DNA of 60,103 bases, counting the filler, from Dirinaria sp. TL-2023a (taxonomy: Eukaryota), in NCBI GenBank assembly GCA_051941275.1. It is 5 parts of 5 records of this genome, joined end to end, with 100 filler letters (N's around TTAATTAATTAA, not from the genome) between each part and the next. Parts side by side here need not be neighbours in the genome. Positions count along the whole stretch, not along the records: positions 36,160 to 48,094 come from JAVEBF010000804.1; positions 48,195 to 60,103 come from JAVEBF010000805.1; 3 more parts are not named here. One strand, written 5' to 3'. Shown one piece after another: positions 37,418-48,932 of the stretch; position 1 is the first letter of the stretch; each line of letters begins with the position of its first letter. The notes beneath the pieces are model-generated. The model made no database searches, was not told the DNA's origin, and worked only from the letters and a program-made list of their open reading frames with translations. The translations under genes were made by a program, and so were the position numbers.

Positions 37418-40094
37418 TCAAAACTTCTCCATCATGTTCTTTCGCACCGTCCACATCCGGAGCCGCTTCCCGTAGATATACATTGGGATCGTAGTCAATA
37501 AGCAGGCGATTTGGATGCCTCCAATCGCCACGAAAACATCCTTCGAGCCGTCCGCTTCCAGCCACTTGTTGAAAAAGAGTGAAAAGACGAACCCATGGAA
37601 GATGTCTGCCACAATCCTGTCAGCACAAAGTCTTCCCACCCCAATCGGCGAAACAGTTAGACAGGGAGCAACTCACTCTTGGAGAAGTTCAGCGTGACCA
37701 GCGCTTCTCCCGCGTATTGCCGGTAGCTGTCCACAGCAAAGGTAATCGACGTGGTACTCCCCAGACTGCATCCGAAGCTGATGATCCCGAAAAAGATCGT
37801 CGGCACAATCCACCTGTCCTTTTCGGCAGCACTCCAGCCGAAGCCCATCAGCCCGATGACAGTCGCGAGTGTCACCGGTATGGCCATTACAAGGCGAAAC
37901 TCGGGCTCGTACACGCCTCCGTTACGACGACTCATGAATCGCACAAGTATATCACTAACCTTGCCCGCCACCGCAGTTCCCAGCACACCGCCGATAAAAG
38001 GTGACAGGTAGACAAGGCCGGTGCCCAGTGCGGAGAAATTGTAGGTTGCTTTATCGCGATAGATAGACGTGACCGATTCGGAAAGAACGATGAGCCAGCC
38101 GATGCTGAGGGAATAGACGAGAGTAGACCAGAGGATACCCGGGTATGCGAAGAGGATAAACGGACGGATTGCAACTTTGAGCCAGTTCTCGTGACGGATA
38201 TGGCCATTCCATGGTTTGAGCGTCTGCCGGAACGTCTTCGTAGGCTGCGTGCGAAGGTAAGTGGTGTAGCGTGCGATACCTGGCGTCGCTGTTGAAAGGT
38301 CAGCAGTCACAGGCTCAGTCCTTGCAGTGTCAGGCGGCGTCCGGGGTGCCACGTCATGCTTGGGCTGTTCTTCCCCCTCACTTTCCTTGCTTGCATAATA
38401 CGGAGAGTGGGAACTGCGAAGACTAGGCGTCGGCGGCGCTTGGCTGGCCAGCGAAGCGCTAGAAGGACGGCTCCCAGGGGAATGAGGCAAAGGGACTGTT
38501 GAGGGGTCTAGTAGTGCGCCAGGATTGGCCTTTTCGGGATCGGCAGGGTCTTGAGGACCTATCCGGTTGCCCAAAGCATCGACGGGGTCCGTAGAGTGAG
38601 ACTCCTCGGCAAACCCAACGTGGTGTTGGTTCTTCCTTTGACGTCTCTCAGCGATGGTTTCTGGTTCATTGACCGCCGATGATCCAGCGTCGTGAATTGC
38701 CGGCATTGTCGTGTCGGGGTTGCCTTCAGCTTTACTGAGCATATTGCTCTTCTCACCGTGATGCAACGGAGGGTGGAGTAATTGAGAAAGGGAACGGAAA
38801 TAAGTCTTTCGAGTCTTCTTTTGAGGCCTTGGAGTACGATCCCAGACAGTCTCTGGAACAAATAGAAAGACCGTAACCAAACAGAATCCAACCACAACGG
38901 CAATTATCCTATTGAAAATTAGCAAAATTGCGGTATACGGTCCCTGCTTCTTGCTGTGTCCTCACCAGAAAACCCATCTCCAACTGAGGCCCTGGATGAT
39001 TGCAGCGCTGACCAATGGAATTAAATTCTTACCACCCAGCAAAAGCAACGTGTATATGCCAAGTCGGAACGCTCTTTCGTGGAGGAAAAAAATCTCTGCG
39101 ATGGTCGCAGAGGGTAAGCATTCGACGGGGCTGACCGCAAGCCCCATGAAAATTCTTGCGACAACCAGAGACGAATAATTTGGGGAGACCGCGCACCATA
39201 CCGCACTGATTATGAAGAGGATAATACCAACCAAGTACACGGGGCGTTTGCCGAACAATATAGCTGTTGGGGAGGCCAAAACCGAGCCAATACCAAGGCC
39301 TAACATGTAGAAGCCAGTTGTGAGAGCGACCTTGGGGACGCTGACCGAGTACGTTTGAGATACATTGTCGAAACCGGCCGCCAGAACGGGTGTCATGCCA
39401 CCTCCAAGCGCACAGTAGAAGCCAAGCGACAATAAGGCGATGTCTCGTCTCCAGGCAGGCCAATTCAAAGGGTCATTCATCGAATCGTCCGGCTGTGGGT
39501 CTAAGATAATCTTGTTGTCCGCAGTCCTCTTTTTGTCCTCTTCAATGCTTCTCTCTGACTCTCGCCTGAACATTGGGGGTCTGGTACTGGAAGGGGTTCT
39601 CGTACTACTTCTCGTACTAGAAGGGCGTCTCGCACTTGGGGGAAATGGTGAGGGCAACGATGAGGCGGATGTTCTTGCTGGAGCATTGCGAAGTCCCAGC
39701 GGCTCATTGCGAGTGGTATTTGACATGAGAAGCACAGAGCCTATAACGGGAAAGCATTAGCGACCAATACCTTGACAACCAAAAAGGCAGAAAATTGAGG
39801 ATGCGTTCGGTTTTGCGGTTGGACAAGTTGGATTTGGGTCCCAGCAAACTTACCAGGCACTTCATCGGTCTCCTTGTCATTGAGCACACCTAGACTCCAT
39901 TTCTCCGGTCTCACCTTGATCTCGTCATACTGGTCGGATGATGCTCTTGAGGTGGGGGATGCTTTTGGAGTTTTGGAGACGCCGAGTATTCGTTTCCACC
40001 TAGGTGGTTTCGGATCTGGAGCCTTTTCGGGCTCAATGGCGGCGTCATGATGCTCTCGAAACGGCAAATCACCGGCTTGATCTTTAGCACTCAT
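37418..40094 (-). CDS. MFS transporter (HOL1-like), multi-exon
   Basis: WSLGVLNDKETDEVPG|SVLL, PQPDDSMNDPLNWP, FGKRPVY, TIAEIFFLHERAFRLG, RRNGGVYEPEFRL and YIYGKRLR. Confidence 0.9.
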
Positions 40095-41384
40095 GATGAA
40101 AAGATGCGAAGTATGGATAAGGCGTGGTCGAGGGGGGAGTATGTAGGAGTTGACAAAGCCAATTATGTACACGGATCAATTCATAGAGACATTGATCATA
40201 TGTTCAACGTAGCATAGCTGTATGGGCTGAAGATGAGCAACTTCGAAATAAATGAATTGACGAAGGAGATAGGTGTCCAGGACAAAGGAAAGTGGCGCAA
40301 TGGGGAAAATGATCCTCCATGATGGAGGCTGGCATGAGAGCATGGTGTGAATATATTGTCAATCGCTGCTAGCCCTCAGGCTAGGCGTGGAAGTTTGAAC
40401 ATGCCGTTGAGTAGTGCAGCAGGTGCAATGGCCACGGGGAAGTTTCATGTTGAGTCAGAGCAGCCAGTGGGCCAACGGTTATCGAGTTGCATCACATGGA
40501 TCTGGTTTGTGCTTTGGGCTTTATTTGGAAGGCTTAGTGTGCTTCGCCCGGTTTGACCGAATCGTCAAACCTGCCTAGCGCAGCGGTGTAGAAAGTTTCT
40601 GCGATAAAAGGTATCTTATCTGCAGGATGAAACCATCATCTGCGATATTGCCTTAAGTTCTCAGCTATTGCGACCAACTACGCCTACTAGTTACAGTAGT
40701 ACTCACGAAACATTAACAATCCATCTCCAAAGCTCCGTTGAGATACTGCTCAACGCTCTCCAACGGTCCGAAACTTTGCTCCCCCCAATTCCGGCATCAC
40801 CGCTCTTTGTCCACGTTGGCCTACAAGCGCTTAGATAGGCCGTTGCAGCATGCGTCCCATGCTCACATGGCCATCTCCGATTTAACTTCCAAACGTCGCG
40901 GCTTGGCTTCGATTGGGCAAATTTGATAGTCGCTATTTTATTGCGACTTGAGCTTTCTGGAGCTTCCGTCATGATCCGGCCATGCGGCTACTCATGCAGA
41001 CCTTAGGGATGCAGACCCTGTGCATCTCACAGCCGCCCATCCGGACGTTTTCGAACGAAGCGCCAAGATTTGGCCTGGAGTTTGTCTCATTCGACCACCG
41101 ATTCTAGTACATATATCAGGTATTCTAGGAACTGCTTAATTGCTCAGTAGTAAGTGCAACGGCTGGCCTCAATCCAAGGACTCCTAACGAGGAAATGTGC
41201 ACCCATGAGGAGCAGGCTGTTGTAGACCTTGAAAGATGAGTATATACAATAAGGTACATATGTTGCCCATGTTGCGCTCGGCTATTTACATCATCATAGC
41301 ATGACATACCATGAAATCCATACCTTGTCCTTCTAAGTCCATCTATATAAATACATTATGTCTTAAACAAGGTCGTGCCTGTGA

Positions 41385-43258
41385 TCACTGCCGCAATGAA
41401 ATTCCCCATTGGTTCAGCTGCGTGCATCTCTTCTTCTGATCTGCCGGCACCGTCTCCATGACCGTATTGCTCACGGCATTGCCACCGCCTTGGATCAATA
41501 TCCGGCGTTGAGTGCTCGGACCCCCCCACTGATCCCATGTTGGGCTACCCGGTAATCGAGCGACATTTGGGTCGTAGAAGCGGATGAAGCTGGTCCAGTA
41601 TGACTGCATAAGCTGGACGACATCCGCGTTGGAACCACCGGGTTTGTAGCTCGCGGGTGCTGATGGAGAATCCCAGATAGCGTTAAGTTCAGCAACGTGA
41701 GGAACACCATAGCCGTTTTTCAGAGAAGCTGGGTCAGTGACGTTGTAGTGGTAGCTGTACACTCTACTCGAACGATTGTGGGCGTAGTATTGACTACTGA
41801 TGTAGTCGCCTGTACAAACGTAGCGGAGTTCGCCATATGCAGCAGCAGTGGAGCGCCAGTATTCGCCAGCAGAGCGGTAATGCGGATAGGCAGACGGTTT
41901 GTACAGAGACTGTATTGTAGAAAGTTGAGTGCTGTTGATGAGTGGGAATTGTGCTCGAATGAACGAATTCGAGTCATCAACTGAGTCTGTCGACTTCGGG
42001 ACGAATATTGTTCCTTCGTTGGCGACATCGCCATAGATGGCTGGCACGTTGTGGAAGCGACCATCTTCGAAAAGTGCGAGAGTCAGATCTTGCAGGAAAT
42101 CATTGTCGACCACTGGATTGTACGAAAATAGCGGATTCTGGTCGGCTCCAGGAAAAGGAGTACCGATGTTTTGTTTCTGAAGATCTTGACTTGAGAGCCC
42201 GCGAAGGCAGGCCAGCGTGTCGTTGTGTCCGGTATCTCTCTCAGCGCATTTGGTACGATTGACGAGCTCATCATATTGGTATTGAGAGTCGGGAACGGTG
42301 CGAACAGCGCCAAAAGATTGCGACTCAGCAGCTGTGGCATGGAACAGATTGTCATCTCGACCACCGTATGCTCCAACTTGCAAAGCCACAGAGCCGGCAC
42401 CTGCGCTGGCACCTCCCATTACGACGTGGCCTGGGTCCCCTCCAAATTTGCTGATGTGATCTTGTACCCATTGCAAAGCCTTTCGCTGATCCAGTAAGCC
42501 ATTGTTTAAGCTAGCGTTGCGTTGTATCTCTGCGCTTGCAAGGAAACCGTAAAGTGAGACGCGGTAATTGAAGTTGACTATAACAATGCTGAAACCTGAG
42601 GCTTTCACGAGGCTGGTGCCGTTTAGATTGGGGTCTGCGTTCGAATTGAAACCTCCACCCTGTATGAAGAAATACACGGGAAACTTCGAATCTGTGGTGA
42701 AGTTCGAAGGGGCGTACACATCGAGGAACAGACAGTCTTCGCTCTGACTCTGAGAGATAGGCTGATCTGTAACCTCAGAACGCGTACCTAGGCAGGTTGG
42801 GCCATGCTAGGAGAGCTATAAGATATGGTCAGATGATGGGGTCCAGATCAACGCACCTGGCTTGCTTTCTGGAGCGTCGCGTTATATGGAGGGTCTTGAG
42901 GGGCGGCGAAGCGGAGCTCGGCCAGTGGAGCTGCAGCATAACGAATCCCCAACCATTGACTTACACCATGCCGGAAATCATTCCCCTGGTACCTGCTGTA
43001 GCCAAGGTCGACGACAGGAAGCGCAGTATTGTTTGTGTGATGGCCATGCCTCAGTCCCAGCGTCAAGCCGAGACTGAGCCCGAGGACGAGTCCAATGAGT
43101 AGTATGATGGCACTGACCACAATGGCTGAATTCCTTCTGCTGTGGAGTACACCCTTGTGGAAAGCGCCCTTCTCCGGTTTATACTCATGTTGGATCGAGC
43201 CTGTAGCGCTTGAGTCGGGTGTAGATGAAGCGGCGCGCCAGAATTTCCTCGGAATCAT
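41385..43258 (-). CDS. Type-B carboxylesterase/lipase with N-terminal membrane anchor
   Basis: VVDLGY, WLGIRYAAAP...LRFAAP, SEDCLFLDVYAP, QGGGF oxyanion hole, nucleophile motif GASAG, NEG and GVPHVAE; one intron near 42808-42856. Confidence 0.9.
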
Positions 43259-43938
43259 GGTCAAAGAGATGAAGACAAGCGACCCGACGAGCAATGTTGC
43301 GCATGCGGTCAGATTATTGGAGTATTGCGGCCATTGCGTGTAGCAGGAATCCGCTGAGTGCATGTAGAAGAATGAGAGACAGCGATCCAAGGTGCGAGAG
43401 GGGAGCGGAAACAGTGAAAACCCCGAGAACGAACGGTTCTCAACATTATCATGATGAATGTCAGGACCGAAGGAGATGACTATTTTAGTGACGTTGAACT
43501 TGGCATGGGTGGCAGGTGAAGGCCCGGAGTATCATTGGGGGAAGGGAACAACAAGGGAGCAAGGGAGGGTAATCAGTAGTAAGGTAGGTAATCATGGCAA
43601 TCCTGATGCAAATCTCTGCCAAGCCTTCCGAATTGGATCCGAAAGAGAGAGGCTGCATCGCACTACTCACGCTAGGAGGCAGACGGCCAATTGACTCGCA
43701 GCAGATTCTCAACCATCAAGTGGATCTCGTCGATGCAAAGCTTGGTATCGGACTTATTTGTGACGTACATGCACATACATGAGATAAGGTACCTTGCCTG
43801 ATGTAAATAGTGGCGTTTCAACACACATCGATACCTTCAAGTCAGTTTGAATAAGGTATCGATAACGAGTTTCAACGATATTATTACCATTTCTGTAGCA
43901 TCTTTGCGTCTTTCGCCTGCCCATCCAGGTCATCAACT

Positions 43939-46255
43939 ATGGGCCAACCATCGTTTCAGGCATCCAATGCCATCATCTATCTCACCTACGGAGCATTTCT
44001 GTAATACTGGTCATACCTCAAACGCTTGCGGGACTGGACTGATTGCTGTCGTGCGTTCTAGTGTTTCTGGCCTCGGGGTTGCGTGGCATTGGAGGCATCA
44101 GTCGAAATCGGAATTCCTGGCAAGCAATCGCACGCAGAAGGGTTAGCCCTATACTAGCAACGCCATGAATCTTCAGACCTCAACGCATATTGTTGGCTGA
44201 CCGGAAACTAGCATTTCCACTTGTATTGAACTTCGTAGCTTCGGGTGAGTGCAGTGGCGCATACACCATGGCTTCTTGAGAAGCGGCAGCATCGGTCGGC
44301 ATAAACGCATAGCAGCATATGTGAATATGGTTGCGGAGAAACAAGGGACGCAGCATGACTAGGTTCGTACAACTAGAAATAACGCTTGCCGATGTCTAGA
44401 GTTTTGCTCTGCTAGCCAACCATGGGCTGGTCGAGCAGGCTTTGGATAGAGGTTTGGCGCGGCTTCACTACGGGCGCGGATTGCTCGAAGGCTCTTTCGA
44501 TCCACCTCTGTGCTCTGGCCACAGAGAGATCTTGGATGACCTGCCTGCATGAAGCTGAGATTGTACCGTAACACTCGATCAAGATAATGCTTGCGTGAGG
44601 AACGTGCTGCCGCTTCCCCCTTCCTACTCTTTCGTATAGAGATCGCTGACTGTAGGTCAATTTCATTCATGGGCAGCGCTTGGGTCTGGAATTCTATTCT
44701 CCTACCCTGAAATAGCTACAATTGCTGGCGTTCAAGGACTTGTCGTCTATACGCTGTCCTCCTCCTTACCTCTCTTGATTTTCGGGTTCCTGGGACCAAT
44801 TATTCGGAGGAAATGCCCCGAAGGCTTCGTTTTGACAGAGTGGACGAGGCAGAGATATGGTATTGTTACTGCGCTGTACTTAAGCCTTCTAACGTAAGGG
44901 GAACAGCATTTGGTCGCTTGAGTATTTCGATATCTAAGAAACTCCCAGGCTTGTTACCCTCTTTCTTTATATGGTGGCAGAGCTTTCAGCGCTTCAACAG
45001 ATCATCGAAGCCATGACTGGGTTCAGTGGCCTAGCCGCGGTAATCGTTGAATGTGCTGTCACGACTATTTACACAAGTAAGACTTCTCCCTCCTTCAGGC
45101 TGAAAACCGTGAGCTCATGGCCCTTCTAGCTCTGGGGGGCTTTCGTATCTCCTTTCTTACCGACAATATCCAGGGCGCTATGGTCTTAGGCCTAATCGTT
45201 CTCGCTGTCATCACTGTTGGAGTTGAAACCAATGTTGACAAAGCCTTGGTGGATTCCTCAGGACTCCTGAACGCCAGCTTGCTGGGATGGCAACTAATAT
45301 ACATCTTGCCCGTTGCCATCCTCACCAATGACTTTTTCATCTCGGGCTTCTGGATGAGAACATTCGCTTCCAAAACGGACAAGGATCTAGTGATTGGGAC
45401 TTCGATTGCTACTGTGGCTGTAACAATAATATTGACCCTCGTCGGCACTACTGGCTTGCTCGCCGCTTGGACAGGAGCCTGGCCTGGAAATCCGCCTCAA
45501 GAGGGAAGCATTGCCTTCTTCCTGCTGCTGGAGCAGCTTCCTGCATGGGTCGTTGGAATTGTGCTTGTGATGACAATATCGCTCAGCACCGCTGCTTTCG
45601 ATAGTTTTCAATCGGCCATGGTGTCCACCGCCAGCAACGACCTCTTCCGCAATAAGCTTAATCTCATCTATGTCCGCATTGCAGTTGTCCTCATCATCTT
45701 CCCTGTGGTGGTGGTTGCCCTGAAGAGCCCAAGTGTGTTGCAAATTTATCTGATCTCCGACCTTGTCAGCGCCAGTTCGATCCCGGTACTTGTCATAGGC
45801 CTCAGCAACAAGTGCTACTGGTGGCGTGGATTTGAAGTCGTCGTTGGAGGCCTGGGCGGATTGCTGACAGTTTTCATATTCGGAACCATCTACTACGGCA
45901 ATGCAGATGATGGTGCGAATCTCTTGCTCCTGGAAGGTGGTCTTTATGCCGAGGATTGGAGTGTTTTCGGTAATGATCCCCAGGGTACGGTGTGTTTTTT
46001 GGAACAGCTGGTGACTCTTGATCAGGTGCTTTTGTTGCTGCCCCAGTCGGAGGCCTCTTATGGGCGGCTGGAGCCTTCCTCTTTCGTGTATTGTGCCTCT
46101 GGATTATGGCCAAGGCCAAAGGTCACCGATTTGATGCCTTCGATCGCCCTCACACATCGAAAGCGGCTAATCCTGTTCGAGGGGAGGATGCGCAGGAAGA
46201 AGAACAAGAGCCGGTCAGCGTGGAGGTTTCGTCTACTAAGGGCAGGTTCTTCTAG
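43939..46255 (+). CDS. Sodium:solute symporter-family transporter, NCU01977/DUR31 type (putative thiamine or precursor uptake)
   Basis: Spliced product MGQPSFQASNAIIYLTYGAFL-VSGLGVAWHW...SNRTQK-AFPLVLNFVAS-ALGSGILFSYPEIA...RRKCPEGFVLTEWTRQRYG...GGFRISFLTDNIQG...KGRFF*. Six introns; intron 3 (44245-44676) holds a TPP aptamer. Confidence 0.88.
44459..44613 (+). promoter_or_regulatory. Intronic TPP (THI-box) riboswitch aptamer
   Basis: GCTGAGA (44554-44560), TACCGT pairing with ACGG at 44470, CTCGATCAAGATAATGCTTGCGTGAGGA (P4/P5 with GATAA loop), and P1 formed by GCGGC..CAC with GTG..GCCGC. Confidence 0.92.
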
Positions 46256-46429
46256 GATGACGGCTGCAACCATCCAGTGCTAGCAGCAGATGGTCGTACA
46301 CGTCTATGTTCGATGCAGATATTGATTTTCGCAAGTCTAGCTCCTGTCCAGTCTTTCTCTATCTCTGGAGAAGCTCCCTTTCTGGTCCGTGAACTCTTTA
46401 TGTAGATATAGTAAACATGGGCGCTTCAC

Positions 46430-47575
46430 CTACATAGTAAGCGGTACTTTCTTTCCGGCTACGATATCCTCGACATCGCTCTCGTTTGCTGTTCCCCAGA
46501 TCTTCCAGCCAGGAGCCTCTTTGCCCTTCATCATCCTCAACTGGACGACTAAATACTCCGTAATGTCCTTCGTTTCCCCCGTGCCGGGCACGATCGTCTC
46601 TTCCTTCCCAGATCGTCTCCGCTTCGTCAGGCTTTGCTTCGACCGCAGCCGCACAACCACCTGCCGCATGCCACATTCCTTAAGACCGGGCACAGGGAGT
46701 GAAGTCGCTCGATTGGAAACCACACGGGGCCTTCCGATCGGGTTATAATATTTCCACTCGAAGCGCTCATTGTGGCGTCGGGCTTTGATGCGGGAACTTA
46801 AGTCTTTGTAGAGACCTTCGGTGCAAAGCGCTTTCAGCTTCTCCAGATCGCCCCTGACAGTTTGGTTTTTCACGCCGTCAGTCCTCAAAAGTCATGTAGC
46901 TGGAGCCGGAGGCGCTCAAAGGAGATGCTCGAGGGTAGCGTACCTGGCGAAAGCAGTCCACATATTCCACTGCATGCGCGCTGCCAATCGAGCTATTTTC
47001 CTCCGACGGTATAGTCTTGGCCATGGTCTGCTCCTCAGCAAGAATTTGTAGTGGATCAAGCTAGCAACGGACATTTTCTTCTGATCAGCATCCATCAACC
47101 AAGTTAAAGAAAAAAGGCTGCTCCGGCAGGAAACGAAAAGACACACCCTTTCAAATCCTGGAACCGCGACTTCAGTCTATGCCATTCTACACGCGCTCGT
47201 TGTCTCGGTGCCTTGAACATAGAAGGCAATTTATCACCGGTGGGCATAATGAAGGTAACTGTTTCCCCCGCCCCAGCTCCGTTAGCTAAGGGGAGCTCTG
47301 GCAAGACACACACGCTGGAAAAAACTGGGGGTGTACTCGCAAGGCAGAAGTCCGTTATCCTCCGGGTAATCCATGCCTTGCGGCGTGAACTCGAGTCTCT
47401 TGACATCGTCCTCCAGGACTTGCATTCTCCGGATCTCGTTCGCCTCGGCCCGAGGCGTAAAGGGGCTGCGCAGAAGCTGAGTCGTGGAAAGAGGACGGGA
47501 GCGTGTCGAATGGTAGCATGGTGGAGGATAGAGGAAGGCGCATTGGGTGCGCCACTTGGGAAGTCGCAGGGGCAT
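46430..47575 (-). CDS. MBA1: Mitochondrial Tim44-like domain protein (Mba1/mL45-like), 4 exons
   Basis: Presequence MPLRLPKWR..., DNGLLP|TFIMPTG, AFAR|GDLEKLKALC, PRVVSNRA, MRQVVVRLRSKQSL and EYLVVQ...WKIWGT. Confidence 0.72.
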
Positions 47576-47785
47576 GACTACCTTGTAGTATTTTTCTCGT
47601 GGACAGGAATCAATCCCATTCCACATTCATTGAGCTTAAGAACTCCAATATATTCCAGATATCCTCATAGATTATCATTGCTAGCAGAGCATACACACAC
47701 GGCCGAGGCGAGGCCACAAACAAAACACAACTATCTCTTGGCGCCAAGCGAAGCGGAATCCACTGAAAAAAAGAAGAGAGAGAAA

Positions 47786-48094
47786 ATGGACCAAGCGAAC
47801 GCGAGCAGCACCACCAGCAGACCCGTCCGCCACACCACCACCCAGAAGGTCAAAAAGGCCACGCACGGTGTGCGACTCTCGGGGATCGGCAAGTTTGACG
47901 GCCGAAATTTCTCCCTGGCTTCCACCCCGCCTCCCAGCTATGAAGTCACGACGAAAGTCGACCAAGAAGAAACAATCACCACCTGGACCGCCGCCGCCGC
48001 AGCAGCACCGGCAGCAGCAGCACCGGTAGCAGCAGAGGTACAAGAAGTCGCTCCCTCAGACCCCTCATCAGAAAGCCCCCCATCAGAAAGCCCC
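47786..48094 (+). CDS. Low-complexity hypothetical protein, 3'-truncated
   Basis: ATG in an A-rich context; frame stays open to the contig end; no recognised domain. Confidence 0.4.
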
Positions 48095-48194
48095 NNNNNN
48101 NNNNNNNNNNNNNNNNNNNNNNNNNNNNNNNNNNNNNNTTAATTAATTAANNNNNNNNNNNNNNNNNNNNNNNNNNNNNNNNNNNNNNNNNNNN
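48095..48194. other. Artificial contig linker
   Basis: N44-TTAATTAATTAA-N44. Confidence 0.97.
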
Positions 48195-48932
48195 GGGAGG
48201 GGCGGAAGGGAGGTTTATTTTTTCTCGTCTTAGCTTTTTTTTGTTTGGGGTTTTTGGAGAGAGGAAATAGGCAGGTACGTAGCTTATGGATATGGTGATA
48301 TGGATGTATAGAGAGAGAGAGAGAGAGAGAATCTCCAGGGTTTTTATGCTATTTCATCTCATCTCATCTTACAGAGCAGAGAGCAAGCCGTATTATACCC
48401 ATGATGGAATGGAGGTTCATGGTTTCGATATCATGGTCTGTTCGAGCCAAACAGCTGGCTAGCTAAGCAAAACTATCCATTTCATTTATTACATGTAGAT
48501 CAATGAATAGAAATGAAATAAAATGATATAAGCGGGATTGGGGTATATATCCCGCCCTTAATATACTGAACTAAGTTTTTGAGAAATATATGACACGTGG
48601 GTAGAAGGGATAAAAGATGATAAAGTGGTAGCTCTCATCATAATAAGCATACTTGAACTCTTTTTTTTCTTTCTTCTTTTCTATGTACATTATGTATATG
48701 CTACGTATGTATGTTATGTATATTCCGTCAGGTTTTTTTTATTTACAAGGCCTCTTCTTCCTTTCTCTTTCTGTCTGTGGCTGCTAAGTAGTATGCTCGA
48801 TTACCGGAACAAAGTAAGTACACTTAAGCCCCCTTGCACAAACTCCCGTTTCATTAGGGAATCGTGGTTTGCGGGTTTTTTTTTTTTTTTTTTTTTTTTT
48901 TCTTGGTATATGTAGATATTAGGTTTCGTTTT

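Noticed and set aside
43594..43782. 62-aa ORF upstream of the TPP-regulated transporter as a regulatory uORF
   Set aside because: No evidence that it lies in the transcript; the riboswitch here acts in a coding-region intron.
47213..47785. 5' part of the 309-aa plus-strand ORF
   Set aside because: It overlaps the MBA1-like gene antisense and begins at a non-ATG codon; only the part from ATG 47786 is plausible.
48310..48901. (GA)n, (CATCT)n and poly-T tracts
   Set aside because: Ordinary simple repeats in 3' flanking DNA; no retroelement body or target-site duplication beside the poly-T.
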